Of a stretch of DNA of 32,000 bases, positions 23,265 through 32,000 are shown one piece after another (the stretch's first letter is position 1; every line of letters begins with the position of its first letter). The notes beneath the pieces were generated by a model that did not search any database, was not told the origin of the DNA, and was given only the letters and a program-made list of their open reading frames with translations. The DNA is from Corynebacterium glutamicum ATCC 13032. Its GTDB lineage: Bacteria > Actinomycetota > Actinomycetes > Mycobacteriales > Mycobacteriaceae. A program made the position numbers and the translations under genes. The DNA lies in NCBI RefSeq assembly GCF_000011325.1, contig NC_003450.3, forward strand, positions 1,470,001-1,502,000. The letters run 5' to 3'.

Positions 23265-23316
23265 CCGTAGGTTTGAAAAGTCGGAAACTTCTCCGAGCTT
23301 TCCCTGCGGTTTTTTG
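23265..23316 (+). terminator. promoter-proximal terminator-like hairpin about 200 nt upstream of pyrG
   Basis: CCGTAGG (23265-23271) pairs with CCTGCGG (23303-23309), including one G:U. There is an inner hairpin TCGGA-AACTTC-TCCGA (23281-23296). TTTTTT follows at 23310-23315. Confidence 0.45.
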
Positions 23317-23464
23317 TTTCCCCTTTAGGCGAATCCACGTCAGTTTTGGGCAGACAATTAAAGCGGAGAAAGCCACGGAGGGGACCGTGGCCACGTGCCG
23401 GCAATTTGAACACACCGAACGTTTAAGTTTTCCGCACCGCCTGACTCGAAAAGATCTTTTTTAA

Positions 23465-25177
<1,713 letters not shown>

Positions 25178-25186
25178 ATCTACAAT

Positions 25187-25864
25187 GTGATCATGGTTTC
25201 GAAGATGCACATTCCCGGTACCCATGAGTTCACGGTGACAGATACTGAACTGTTGTTAGAGTCCCCAATTTTGGGCGTTCGTCGAGATTCATTGATCATG
25301 CCGGGTGGTTCCACTGCCCGCCGTGAAGTGGTTGAACACTTTGGGGCGGTCGCAGTGGTTGCCTTTGATGGTGAAAACATTGCGATGGTCAAGCAGTACC
25401 GTCGCAGCGTGGGGGATTCCTTGTGGGAGCTGCCTGCAGGTTTGTTGGATATTGCTGATGAGGATGAACTCACGGGCGCGCAGCGCGAGCTCATGGAGGA
25501 GGCTGGTTTGGAGGCCAGTGAGTGGTCCGTGCTCACTGATTTGATTACCTCGCCTGGTTTCTGCGATGAAGCGGTGCGTGTCTTTCTAGCCCGAGGCCTC
25601 ACAAAGGTTGAGCGCCCGAAGGTTATGGGCGATGAAGAAGCGGACATGATTAACCAGTGGGTTCCGCTACATGAGGCAGTGGGAATGGTGTTTAGTGGCC
25701 AGTTGGTTAACTCCATTGCCATTGCGGGTGTCATGGCTGCTGATGCTGTGATTGCGGGTCGTGCGTCTGCGCGTGCCGTCACCGCGCCGTTTACCTATCG
25801 CCCTACGGCGTTGGCGCAGCGTCGAAAAGCGCACGGCATTGTTCCTGACATGAAAAAACTATGA
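25187..25864 (+). CDS. NUDIX hydrolase (ADP-ribose pyrophosphatase-like)
   Basis: The NUDIX box is [24 protein letters not shown]. The start is uncertain: GTG 25187, ATG 25193 or ATG 25205. The stop overlaps the xerD start (ATGA at 25861-25864). Confidence 0.9.
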   Translation: MIMVSKMHIPGTHEFTVTDTELLLESPILGVRRDSLIMPGGSTARREVVEHFGAVAVVAFDGENIAMVKQYRRSVGDSLWELPAGLLDIADEDELTGAQRELMEEAGLEASEWSVLTDLITSPGFCDEAVRVFLARGLTKVERPKVMGDEEADMINQWVPLHEAVGMVFSGQLVNSIAIAGVMAADAVIAGRASARAVTAPFTYRPTALAQRRKAHGIVPDMKKL

Positions 25865-26775
25865 AGGCTCGCGTTTTAGCGAAAACATGGCTGACACATT
25901 TGGCCGTGGAGCGTGGCTTGTCGGCAAATACGCTGAGTAATTATCGGCGCGATGTGGAACGCTATTGCGACTGGCTCGAGGCAGCTGGGCTGGATGATAT
26001 TCGTGATATCACCACCGCGCATGTGGAAAGTTATGTCAAAGACCTGCGCCGCGGGATTGATGGACAACAAGCGTTGTCTGCGTCCTCGGCAGGTCGCGCG
26101 CTCATCGTCGCGCGCGGGTTGCACAAGTTTGCATTGATGGAGGGCGAGGTGGCTGCGGACGTTGCGGCTGATGTGTCGCCACCGGCCATGGGCCGGCATT
26201 TACCTGACACGCTCAGCATCAACGAGGTAGCCCTGCTTATCGACGCGATCCCACATTCAGATATCGCCACTCCCGTTGATCTCCGTGACCGAGCGCTGGT
26301 GGAATTACTTTATGGAACTGGCGCGCGTATCTCTGAGGCGATTGGGCTGGCAGTTGATGATGTGTCGGAAATGCCTGAAGTTCTTCGCATCACGGGCAAA
26401 GGTTCCAAACAACGGATCGTGCCTTTTGGTTCGATGGCACAACAAGCGGTCCGGGAATATTTGGTCAGAGCCAGACCCGCGTTGAGTAAGGGGAAAAGCC
26501 ATGCGCTTTTTCTCAACCAACGCGGCGGTCCGCTATCTCGGCAATCTGCGTGGGCAGTGCTGAAGAAAACGGTTGAGCGCGCAGGTTTAGATAAAGATAT
26601 TTCTCCCCACACCCTGCGGCACAGCTTTGCCACCCATCTCCTCGAAGGTGGCGCCGATGTCCGTGTGGTGCAGGAACTCCTGGGTCATTCTTCTGTGACG
26701 ACCACTCAGATTTACACGCACATCACAGCCGATAGCTTGCGGGAAGTGTGGCGCGGGGCTCATCCTCGTGCGTGA
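25861..26775 (+). CDS. xerD: site-specific tyrosine recombinase XerD
   Basis: 304-aa ORF with the C-terminal catalytic region [38 protein letters not shown]. It follows pyrG and the NUDIX gene, the conserved actinobacterial xerD context (from memory). Confidence 0.92.
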   Translation: MKARVLAKTWLTHLAVERGLSANTLSNYRRDVERYCDWLEAAGLDDIRDITTAHVESYVKDLRRGIDGQQALSASSAGRALIVARGLHKFALMEGEVAADVAADVSPPAMGRHLPDTLSINEVALLIDAIPHSDIATPVDLRDRALVELLYGTGARISEAIGLAVDDVSEMPEVLRITGKGSKQRIVPFGSMAQQAVREYLVRARPALSKGKSHALFLNQRGGPLSRQSAWAVLKKTVERAGLDKDISPHTLRHSFATHLLEGGADVRVVQELLGHSSVTTTQIYTHITADSLREVWRGAHPRA

Positions 26776-26791
26776 AAGCCCTTGCGAATTC

Positions 26792-28324
26792 TTAAGATTT
26801 CAACTCGATGTGCCTCCAATGAGCCGTATCGCGGAGTAGCTGTCGATCATGCGTTACCATGATCACTGCAGCCGCGGTCGTGTCCAGCCACTCTGTAAGT
26901 GCGGAAACCAAGTGCATAGACAGATGGTTCGAAGGTTCATCGAGAAGCAACAGTTCAGGATTGCCAGCTAACGACATGGCCAAATCTAGTCTTCTGCGTT
27001 GACCAATTGAGAATTCCTGTAGGGCAAATCGGCTCTCCTCAACACTTAAAAGTCCCCACTTAACTGCGTGATCTCGTGCTATTGATGGCACCTCGCCGAC
27101 AAGTGATTCTTGGCCGAGAACCCCAGTTCGGGCATGGTTTGCAACCGAACCACTTGCCGGAGTCAAAACCCCAGACAAGACTTCGATGAGCGTTGATTTG
27201 CCAGCGCCGTTGTCACCAGTGATCACTATTTTGTCACCTGATACCACTGAATGTGAGCCTGGCAGACGCAAGCGGTGGGGTACAAAAAGGTCCGAAAAGT
27301 CCACCATGGGTTTATCTGGTCGCACTTTCAAGGTAGGCAGAAGCAATGGGGCCGGAGCCGGGGGAACGTCCAACGCTTTGCTATCCAACGCATCCTGTGC
27401 TCGCTTTAAGGCCTGCACCACTCCGGGAGCCCGAGATGCGCGAGTGTGTTTTCCCGTTCCTTTTGGAGGTTTCCACGAAGAATTCACCCGCTGGCGTGCG
27501 TGCTCTAGATCCTCCTGCAATTGCTGTTGCACAGTTTGTGCAGCGGCATAATCCTGCCTCCAAGTTTCAAGAAGCGCACTCCTTTGGCGTCGATAAGAAT
27601 CAAAACCCTCATGATAGATCCGTGGTAGGCCGTCTGGGGTTGAATCAATATCGATGATGAAATCCGCGACATCTTTGATCAGTGCTTGATCATGAGAAAC
27701 AACAAGTACCACACCTTTGTGGGAGGTTATGGCTTCGGTGAGATAGTTAAGCGCGCCCCGGTCAAGATGATTGGTGGGTTCATCGAGAAGCAAAATATCA
27801 GCATCGCCACCGATGAGGCAGGCCAGCCGTACCCGATACCTTTGCCCGATCGATAGCTCACTGAGTGCACGGGATCTATCGGTGATCGCGCCAAAGCTGC
27901 GCAGAGCTTTTTCTAATCGATGTTCAGCGTTCCATGCGTCAAGCACTTCAGCGGCATCAAGGGCTTGTTGATATCCATCAAGTGCGTGCGCAGTGTTTGT
28001 CTCAAGTAGAGCTCCAGCTCTCTCAAGCTCTTCGAGAGCATTCTTTGAATCACGAATTGCCTCATCACAGATCTCTCCGACGGACAGATCACCTGCAGGC
28101 ATGTGTTGATGAGCAATTGCTACCGTGCCATGAGTGAGAATCTCACCTGCAGATGGCGGGAATTCTCGAGCCAGTGCTCGCAGAAGTGTGGTTTTACCTC
28201 GACCATTCTCACCAACAATCACTGCGCACTGTCCAGAAGAAACAGTGATATTGAGCTTCGTAATTAACGGGGTTGAGGTGTATGACAGGGAAAGGTCCTG
28301 TAACCGAATATGGGTTTTAGCCAT
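26792..28324 (-). CDS. ABC-F family ATPase (two ABC domains, no TM domain)
   Basis: 510-aa ORF with Walker A motifs GENGRGKTT and GDNGAGKST, Walker B motifs LLLDEPTNHLD and LLLDEPSNHLS, and H-loop motifs VSHD and VTHD. The signature motifs are atypical (LSIGQ and FSIGQ). There is an inter-domain linker. AAAGGA RBS lies 8 nt before the ATG. Confidence 0.92.
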   Translation of the reverse strand: MAKTHIRLQDLSLSYTSTPLITKLNITVSSGQCAVIVGENGRGKTTLLRALAREFPPSAGEILTHGTVAIAHQHMPAGDLSVGEICDEAIRDSKNALEELERAGALLETNTAHALDGYQQALDAAEVLDAWNAEHRLEKALRSFGAITDRSRALSELSIGQRYRVRLACLIGGDADILLLDEPTNHLDRGALNYLTEAITSHKGVVLVVSHDQALIKDVADFIIDIDSTPDGLPRIYHEGFDSYRRQRSALLETWRQDYAAAQTVQQQLQEDLEHARQRVNSSWKPPKGTGKHTRASRAPGVVQALKRAQDALDSKALDVPPAPAPLLLPTLKVRPDKPMVDFSDLFVPHRLRLPGSHSVVSGDKIVITGDNGAGKSTLIEVLSGVLTPASGSVANHARTGVLGQESLVGEVPSIARDHAVKWGLLSVEESRFALQEFSIGQRRRLDLAMSLAGNPELLLLDEPSNHLSMHLVSALTEWLDTTAAAVIMVTHDRQLLRDTAHWRHIELKS

Positions 28325-28476
28325 TAAAAAATTCCTTTAAAAGTGCTAGAAAGTCGCCCTGCGACCAGTCGTGGCAGGGGAAAATCAACGTGCAGAGACG
28401 GCACTGGGAGGCATGTGGCCTGCAGTGCGAACTGTGCAGCAGCAACATTTAAAGGAAATACAAATGCATTCCGCTT

Positions 28477-28505
28477 ACTTTAATAAAGTGGCAAAGATAA
28501 AGCAA
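28477..28505 (-). promoter_or_regulatory. candidate ABC-F promoter (TTGCTT, 17-nt spacer, TAAAGT on the minus strand)
   Basis: On the minus strand, TTGCTT occupies plus 28505-28500 and TAAAGT plus 28482-28477, with an exact 17-nt spacer. The predicted start near 28470 coincides with an ATG at 28469-28467. Confidence 0.3.
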
Positions 28506-28775
28506 TGACGGTAGGCAACGCTCAATTTGCAGAGCTGGTCAAGTTAAAAAACTTGACTCACTATTAGAGTTTGCATGAAACGGCGTGTGGGGCAACAGAA
28601 TGAGTTAGACATCTATATCCTGAATGTATTGTGGTCGCGGAGACTAATGACAGTGCGATAATTTCAGGACTGTTAGTCGAGAGCTGTAAAGTCAAGGCTA
28701 TATACTTCTCAAGTCGCGCCGAAATTTGTTAAATGACTATAAAAGGCAGTCCTAGTCAAGGAAGAAGGTTTGACT

Positions 28776-29648
28776 GTGAGTGATGCAGGGAAGAAGGACT
28801 CTTCCAAGGTGGAGATCGGACTGACCGGTCGACCCCTGCGCGAGTTGCCTGAGCCATCTCCTTTGGAAAAACATGGCCCAGCAACGATCATTGCCATGGC
28901 GAATCAAAAAGGTGGCGTTGGTAAAACCACGTCCACCATCAACCTCGGAGCATGCCTTGCAGAGGCGGGACGTAAAGTCCTGCTCGTTGACTTGGATCCG
29001 CAAGGTGCGTTGACTGCTGGTTTGGGAATCCACTACGACGACGTGGATATCACCGTGTATGACCTCATGGTGGACAACAATTCCACCATTGATCAGGCGA
29101 TCCACCACACTGGTCTTCCTGATCTGGATGTCGTTCCTGCAAATATTGACTTGTCCGCTGCAGAAATTCAGCTGGTCAATGAAGTTGGTCGTGAACAAAC
29201 ACTTGCCAGGGCGCTGCGTCCTGTCATGAAGGACTACGACTTCATCATCCTTGATTGTCAGCCATCACTTGGTCTTTTGACGGTGAACGCTTTGGCGTGC
29301 GCGCACGGGGTTATCATCCCGATGGAGTGCGAGTACTTCTCACTGCGTGGCCTCGCATTGCTCACAGACACCGTGGAAAAAGTTGCCGATCGGTTGAACT
29401 TCGATCTGGAAATCCTCGGCATCTTGGTCACTATGTTTGACCGACGCACCTCTCACGCCAGGGAAGTGATGTCACGAGTTGTTGAGGTTTTCGATGAGAA
29501 AGTGTTCGATACGGTAATCACCCGAACCGTCAGGTTCCCCGAAACCTCTGTTGCCGGTGAGCCGATCATCACATGGGCACCAACATCACAAGGTGCGGAG
29601 CAGTACCGTTCCTTGGCGCGTGAAGTTATCAGCCGCGTCAACGACTAG
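28776..29648 (+). CDS. pldP: ParA/MinD-family ATPase, orphan ParA-like division protein
   Basis: It has the deviant Walker A NQKGGVGKTTST. GTG 28776 is better spaced from the AAGGAAGAAGG at 28759-28769 than the track's TTG at 28770. The position before scpA matches C. glutamicum PldP (cg1610) and Rv1708 (from memory). Confidence 0.88.
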   Translation: MSDAGKKDSSKVEIGLTGRPLRELPEPSPLEKHGPATIIAMANQKGGVGKTTSTINLGACLAEAGRKVLLVDLDPQGALTAGLGIHYDDVDITVYDLMVDNNSTIDQAIHHTGLPDLDVVPANIDLSAAEIQLVNEVGREQTLARALRPVMKDYDFIILDCQPSLGLLTVNALACAHGVIIPMECEYFSLRGLALLTDTVEKVADRLNFDLEILGILVTMFDRRTSHAREVMSRVVEVFDEKVFDTVITRTVRFPETSVAGEPIITWAPTSQGAEQYRSLAREVISRVND

Positions 29649-29720
29649 GTTGTTTTTCTAAAAACCACGCCTCCTTGTGCGGGCCTGTCAGTAACTGTTA
29701 TCGCAGGTTCATGCGTTAAG

Positions 29721-30698
29721 GTGTGGAAGACCATGACAAAAGTAGCGGAGCTGGACCAAGAGTGGTCCGAAGTAGATGACGCGGAATTAGACGCGCAAAG
29801 CGCTGGCACTTCTGATAGTTCCAGCACAGACGACTTCGCTGACGCAGAAAACACTTCTGAAAATCTGGGACCCATCGGCCCAGAACCACTCCCTGAACCA
29901 GATGGGGATGTTCCGGCATCGGGTTTCCAAGTGCAGCTCGATAATTTTGAAGGTCCTTTTGACCTTCTCCTGCAGCTGATTACCAAGAAGAAACTTGATG
30001 TCACTGAAGTTGCCTTGGCCCAGGTGACCGACGAGTTTATTGCTTACACCCGAAAACTGGGCGAAACCAGCGATTTGGATGAGACCACAGAGTTCTTAGT
30101 GGTGGCCGCAACGCTGTTGGATCTTAAAACAGCTCGCCTGCTCCCGCGTGGTGAAGTCGACGATGAAGATGATCTCGAATTGCTCGAAATAAAGGATCTC
30201 CTTTTCGCCAGGTTGTTGCAGTATCGCGCTTACAAGCAAGTTGCGGAAATGTTTGCGCAATGGCAGCGAGATGCTCGACGCAGGTACCCGCGCGCTGTCT
30301 CATTAGAAACTCAGTTTGCCAACCTCTTGCCGCCCGTTTCCTTGGGTCATTCCTTAAAAAGTTTCAGCGAGTTGGCTGCTGTGGTGTTTCGTCCGAAACC
30401 CCCAGAGACGGTGAAAACAGATCACGTGCACCAAGTTGCGGTGTCAGTTCCAGAGCAAGCGGGCAGGATTCTTAACACGTTGAAACTTGCCGGAATTGAT
30501 CATTATTTGAGCTTTCAGCTGCTCACACGTGATTGTACCGCGTCAATGGAAGTGATTGGCCGCTTCCTTGCCTTGCTGGAATTGTATAAGGCACGCGCTA
30601 TTGAAACCTTGCAAGAAGAGCCACTCGGCGAGCTTAAAGTTTCGTGGACTGGCATTGATGTCGATCCAGCAGTCGTCGCGGCGAGTGACTGGGAGTAA
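29721..30698 (+). CDS. scpA: segregation and condensation protein A (kleisin ScpA)
   Basis: The conserved block FEGPFDLLLQLI follows an acidic extension of about 70 aa. The start is GTG 29721 or ATG 29733. Confidence 0.9.
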   Translation: MWKTMTKVAELDQEWSEVDDAELDAQSAGTSDSSSTDDFADAENTSENLGPIGPEPLPEPDGDVPASGFQVQLDNFEGPFDLLLQLITKKKLDVTEVALAQVTDEFIAYTRKLGETSDLDETTEFLVVAATLLDLKTARLLPRGEVDDEDDLELLEIKDLLFARLLQYRAYKQVAEMFAQWQRDARRRYPRAVSLETQFANLLPPVSLGHSLKSFSELAAVVFRPKPPETVKTDHVHQVAVSVPEQAGRILNTLKLAGIDHYLSFQLLTRDCTASMEVIGRFLALLELYKARAIETLQEEPLGELKVSWTGIDVDPAVVAASDWE

Positions 30699-30820
30699 TC
30701 AGTTTTTCTTAAGGAAACGTTGCTGAATTAGTTTTAGTGACCTAAGCTACAAGAGCTGGTTTGCTGAAAAATGGATGACCTCGCAGTTTAACTGCGTTGT
30801 GTCATCTACGGCATGGAAAG

Positions 30821-30870
30821 GCTCCCACAGCATCTGTTTTGGAGAGGGCGGATGGTGTGGGAGCTTTTTG
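30821..30870 (+). terminator. intrinsic terminator (first of a tandem pair) downstream of scpA
   Basis: GCTCCCACA (30821-30829) pairs with TGTGGGAGC (30856-30864). CATC/GATG extends the stem after one mismatch. TTTTT follows at 30865-30869. Confidence 0.6.
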
Positions 30871-30874
30871 TAGC

Positions 30875-30905
30875 ATCTCACCCCATGAAGGGGTGAGATT
30901 TTCTG
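30875..30905 (+). terminator. intrinsic terminator (second of the tandem pair), 8 nt beyond the GNAT stop codon
   Basis: ATCTCACCCC (30875-30884), loop ATGAA, GGGGTGAGAT (30890-30899), then TTTTCT. The U-tail exists only in the plus orientation. Confidence 0.65.
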
Positions 30906-30907
30906 GT

Positions 30908-31471
30908 CTATGGTCGTTGCTTGAGCATTTCAAGAATTTCATCCGATAGCGGACGGTCAGAATAAATTCTCACATCAGGCTCGTTGGGGTCATCTTCCGT
31001 TCCGACTCGTCGGCCTTCCCATACGGGGGTGAGTCCCAGTTTTTCCAAAATACGGAATGAGGCAGGGTGGTTGGTAGTCACCCTGGCCGTGAGTGGGAGG
31101 CTGTCGTCGATACGCTTGGTGGCCAGTGTTGCGGCGTTGGAGATTTCCGTGGCGTATCCATTGCCCCATAGGTCGGGGCGGAGGCGGTACTTGAGGTCCC
31201 ATACTTTTCCGTCGATGAGTTCAACGCCACCAACGCCAACGAATTCCGATGGGCGGTCACGGAGGTAAACACCCCAGGGGCCAAGGTCTTTCTTGCCCCA
31301 GCTTTCATTGGTGCGCTTGATGATGTCGCGCGTGACACGCACGTTGGTGTGACGCGCCTGGGGGCGGTGTTCCCAGATTCGAGAATCAGAGTAAATCTGG
31401 TGGGCCTCGTCTTCGAGCTCAACAGTGAGCGGTACGAGGATCAGTCTGTCGGTGCGTGTAATCGTAGCCAT
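30908..31471 (-). CDS. GNAT-family N-acetyltransferase (RimJ/RimL-like)
   Basis: 187-aa ORF with the N-terminal TDRLILVPL hallmark and the acetyl-CoA-binding-type segment LWGNGYATE. Confidence 0.88.
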   Translation of the reverse strand: MATITRTDRLILVPLTVELEDEAHQIYSDSRIWEHRPQARHTNVRVTRDIIKRTNESWGKKDLGPWGVYLRDRPSEFVGVGGVELIDGKVWDLKYRLRPDLWGNGYATEISNAATLATKRIDDSLPLTARVTTNHPASFRILEKLGLTPVWEGRRVGTEDDPNEPDVRIYSDRPLSDEILEMLKQRP

Positions 31472-31709
31472 GAAGAAATGTTAGATCATGAGATGTCTTA
31501 TATGTGATGGTTCTCACGACTGAAATCATTTTGTGACCTAACTTGTATTTTTTTTGACAGCTTGATTGACGGACGATGGGTTAAAGTGCACAGGTTGAGC
31601 CCTATTGAGGGTGGGAGAGTGCTACTATCTGCGGTTTTGTGAATTAAATGCTGTGAACTACCGCGAACTCCTCCCATTCAAGTGGTGTTAAGCACTAAGA
31701 TGGCAGGTT

Positions 31710-32000
31710 ATGACTTCTCTTAAAGTAACTTCGTCCGCAGATGCAACCAATAACAATGATGCCCATTTTCCTGAAGGTCCAGTGGTAACCGTTGACTGGT
31801 TGTCACACAACCTTGACCGGGATGATGTCATCGTGTTGTGTGCCACAATGGAGGATGATGAAATTGCACGTCAAGCGGGAATTCCGGGGGCATTTCTCGC
31901 TGACTTGGAAGGAGATTTCTCAGATCCACATTCCGAGCTTCCACACACCGCGCCACCAAATTTGGTGGGTTTGCTAGAAAGCTACGGCATTAGCACCGAT
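31710..32000 (+). CDS. 5' part of a rhodanese-type sulfurtransferase (partial, runs off the right edge)
   Basis: My own reading; the ORF is not in the track because it has no stop. ATG 31710 is the first start after an in-frame TAA at 31689. The frame is open for 97 codons to the window end: MTSLKVTSSADATNNNDAHFPEGPVVTVDWLSHNLDRDDVIVLCATM... The V-x-V-x-WL...V-I-V-L pattern is typical of rhodanese N-termini. It likely corresponds to sseA2 of C. glutamicum (from memory). Confidence 0.6.
   Translation, partial: MTSLKVTSSADATNNNDAHFPEGPVVTVDWLSHNLDRDDVIVLCATMEDDEIARQAGIPGAFLADLEGDFSDPHSELPHTAPPNLVGLLESYGISTD

Noticed and set aside
23270-23300. GAAAAGTCGG segment faintly resembling the RNase P RNA GAGGAAAGTCCGG core
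   Set aside because: The match is partial, the second conserved RNase P block (ACAGAAnCCGGCTTA) is absent, and the available space and structure do not fit an RNA of about 400 nt.
23167-23464. ORFs of 82 aa (minus) and 71 aa (plus) in the pyrG upstream gap
   Set aside because: They have no RBS and no motif, and their composition is atypical. The region is better explained by RNA hairpins and a terminator, though a small protein cannot be formally excluded.
25180-25782. 200-aa minus-strand ORF opposite the NUDIX gene
   Set aside because: The plus-strand frame carries a complete NUDIX box and is translationally coupled to xerD. The antisense frame has no recognisable features.
25861-26775. 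Tyrosine recombinase considered as a marker of an integrated mobile element
   Set aside because: The sequence and the conserved pyrG-NUDIX-xerD context identify it as chromosomal XerD. I saw no flanking direct repeats, tRNA target or phage or IS genes.

Overview
The window looks like core chromosome of Corynebacterium glutamicum or a very close relative. I inferred this from the rRNA sequences and recognisable protein sequences, and no search was run. Left to right: the argR 3' end, argG, argH, and a translationally coupled envelope trio (a membrane-anchored SBP-like protein, an SBP-vWA lipoprotein and a 2-TM helical protein). Then come a Trm112-like gene, tyrS, a convergent universal stress protein gene, and about 970 bp of visibly AT-richer DNA. 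A complete 16S-23S-5S rRNA operon follows, with no spacer tRNA, BoxA-like elements, a 23S processing stem and a strong terminator. After it lies a block that, from memory, is syntenic with M. tuberculosis Rv1691-Rv1709: an Arg/Asp/RGG-rich TPR-like protein, a HAD phosphatase, a 54-aa ORF absent from the ORF track, tlyA, ppnK, recN, steA, steB, pyrG, a NUDIX hydrolase and xerD. A convergent ABC-F ATPase, the ParA-like pldP and scpA come next. A GNAT acetyltransferase and the start of a rhodanese gene sit where scpB would be expected. I saw no CRISPR array, IS element, prophage or tRNA. Most of the window is housekeeping. The best candidates for undescribed biology are the SBP/vWA/2-TM trio, the RGG-type disordered domain next to the rrn operon, a promoter-proximal terminator far upstream of pyrG, and a possible leaderless mini-ORF plus structured leader ahead of the ABC-F gene. 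A possible sRNA unit lies downstream of scpA. All regulatory calls come from reading the sequence by eye and have no experimental support.
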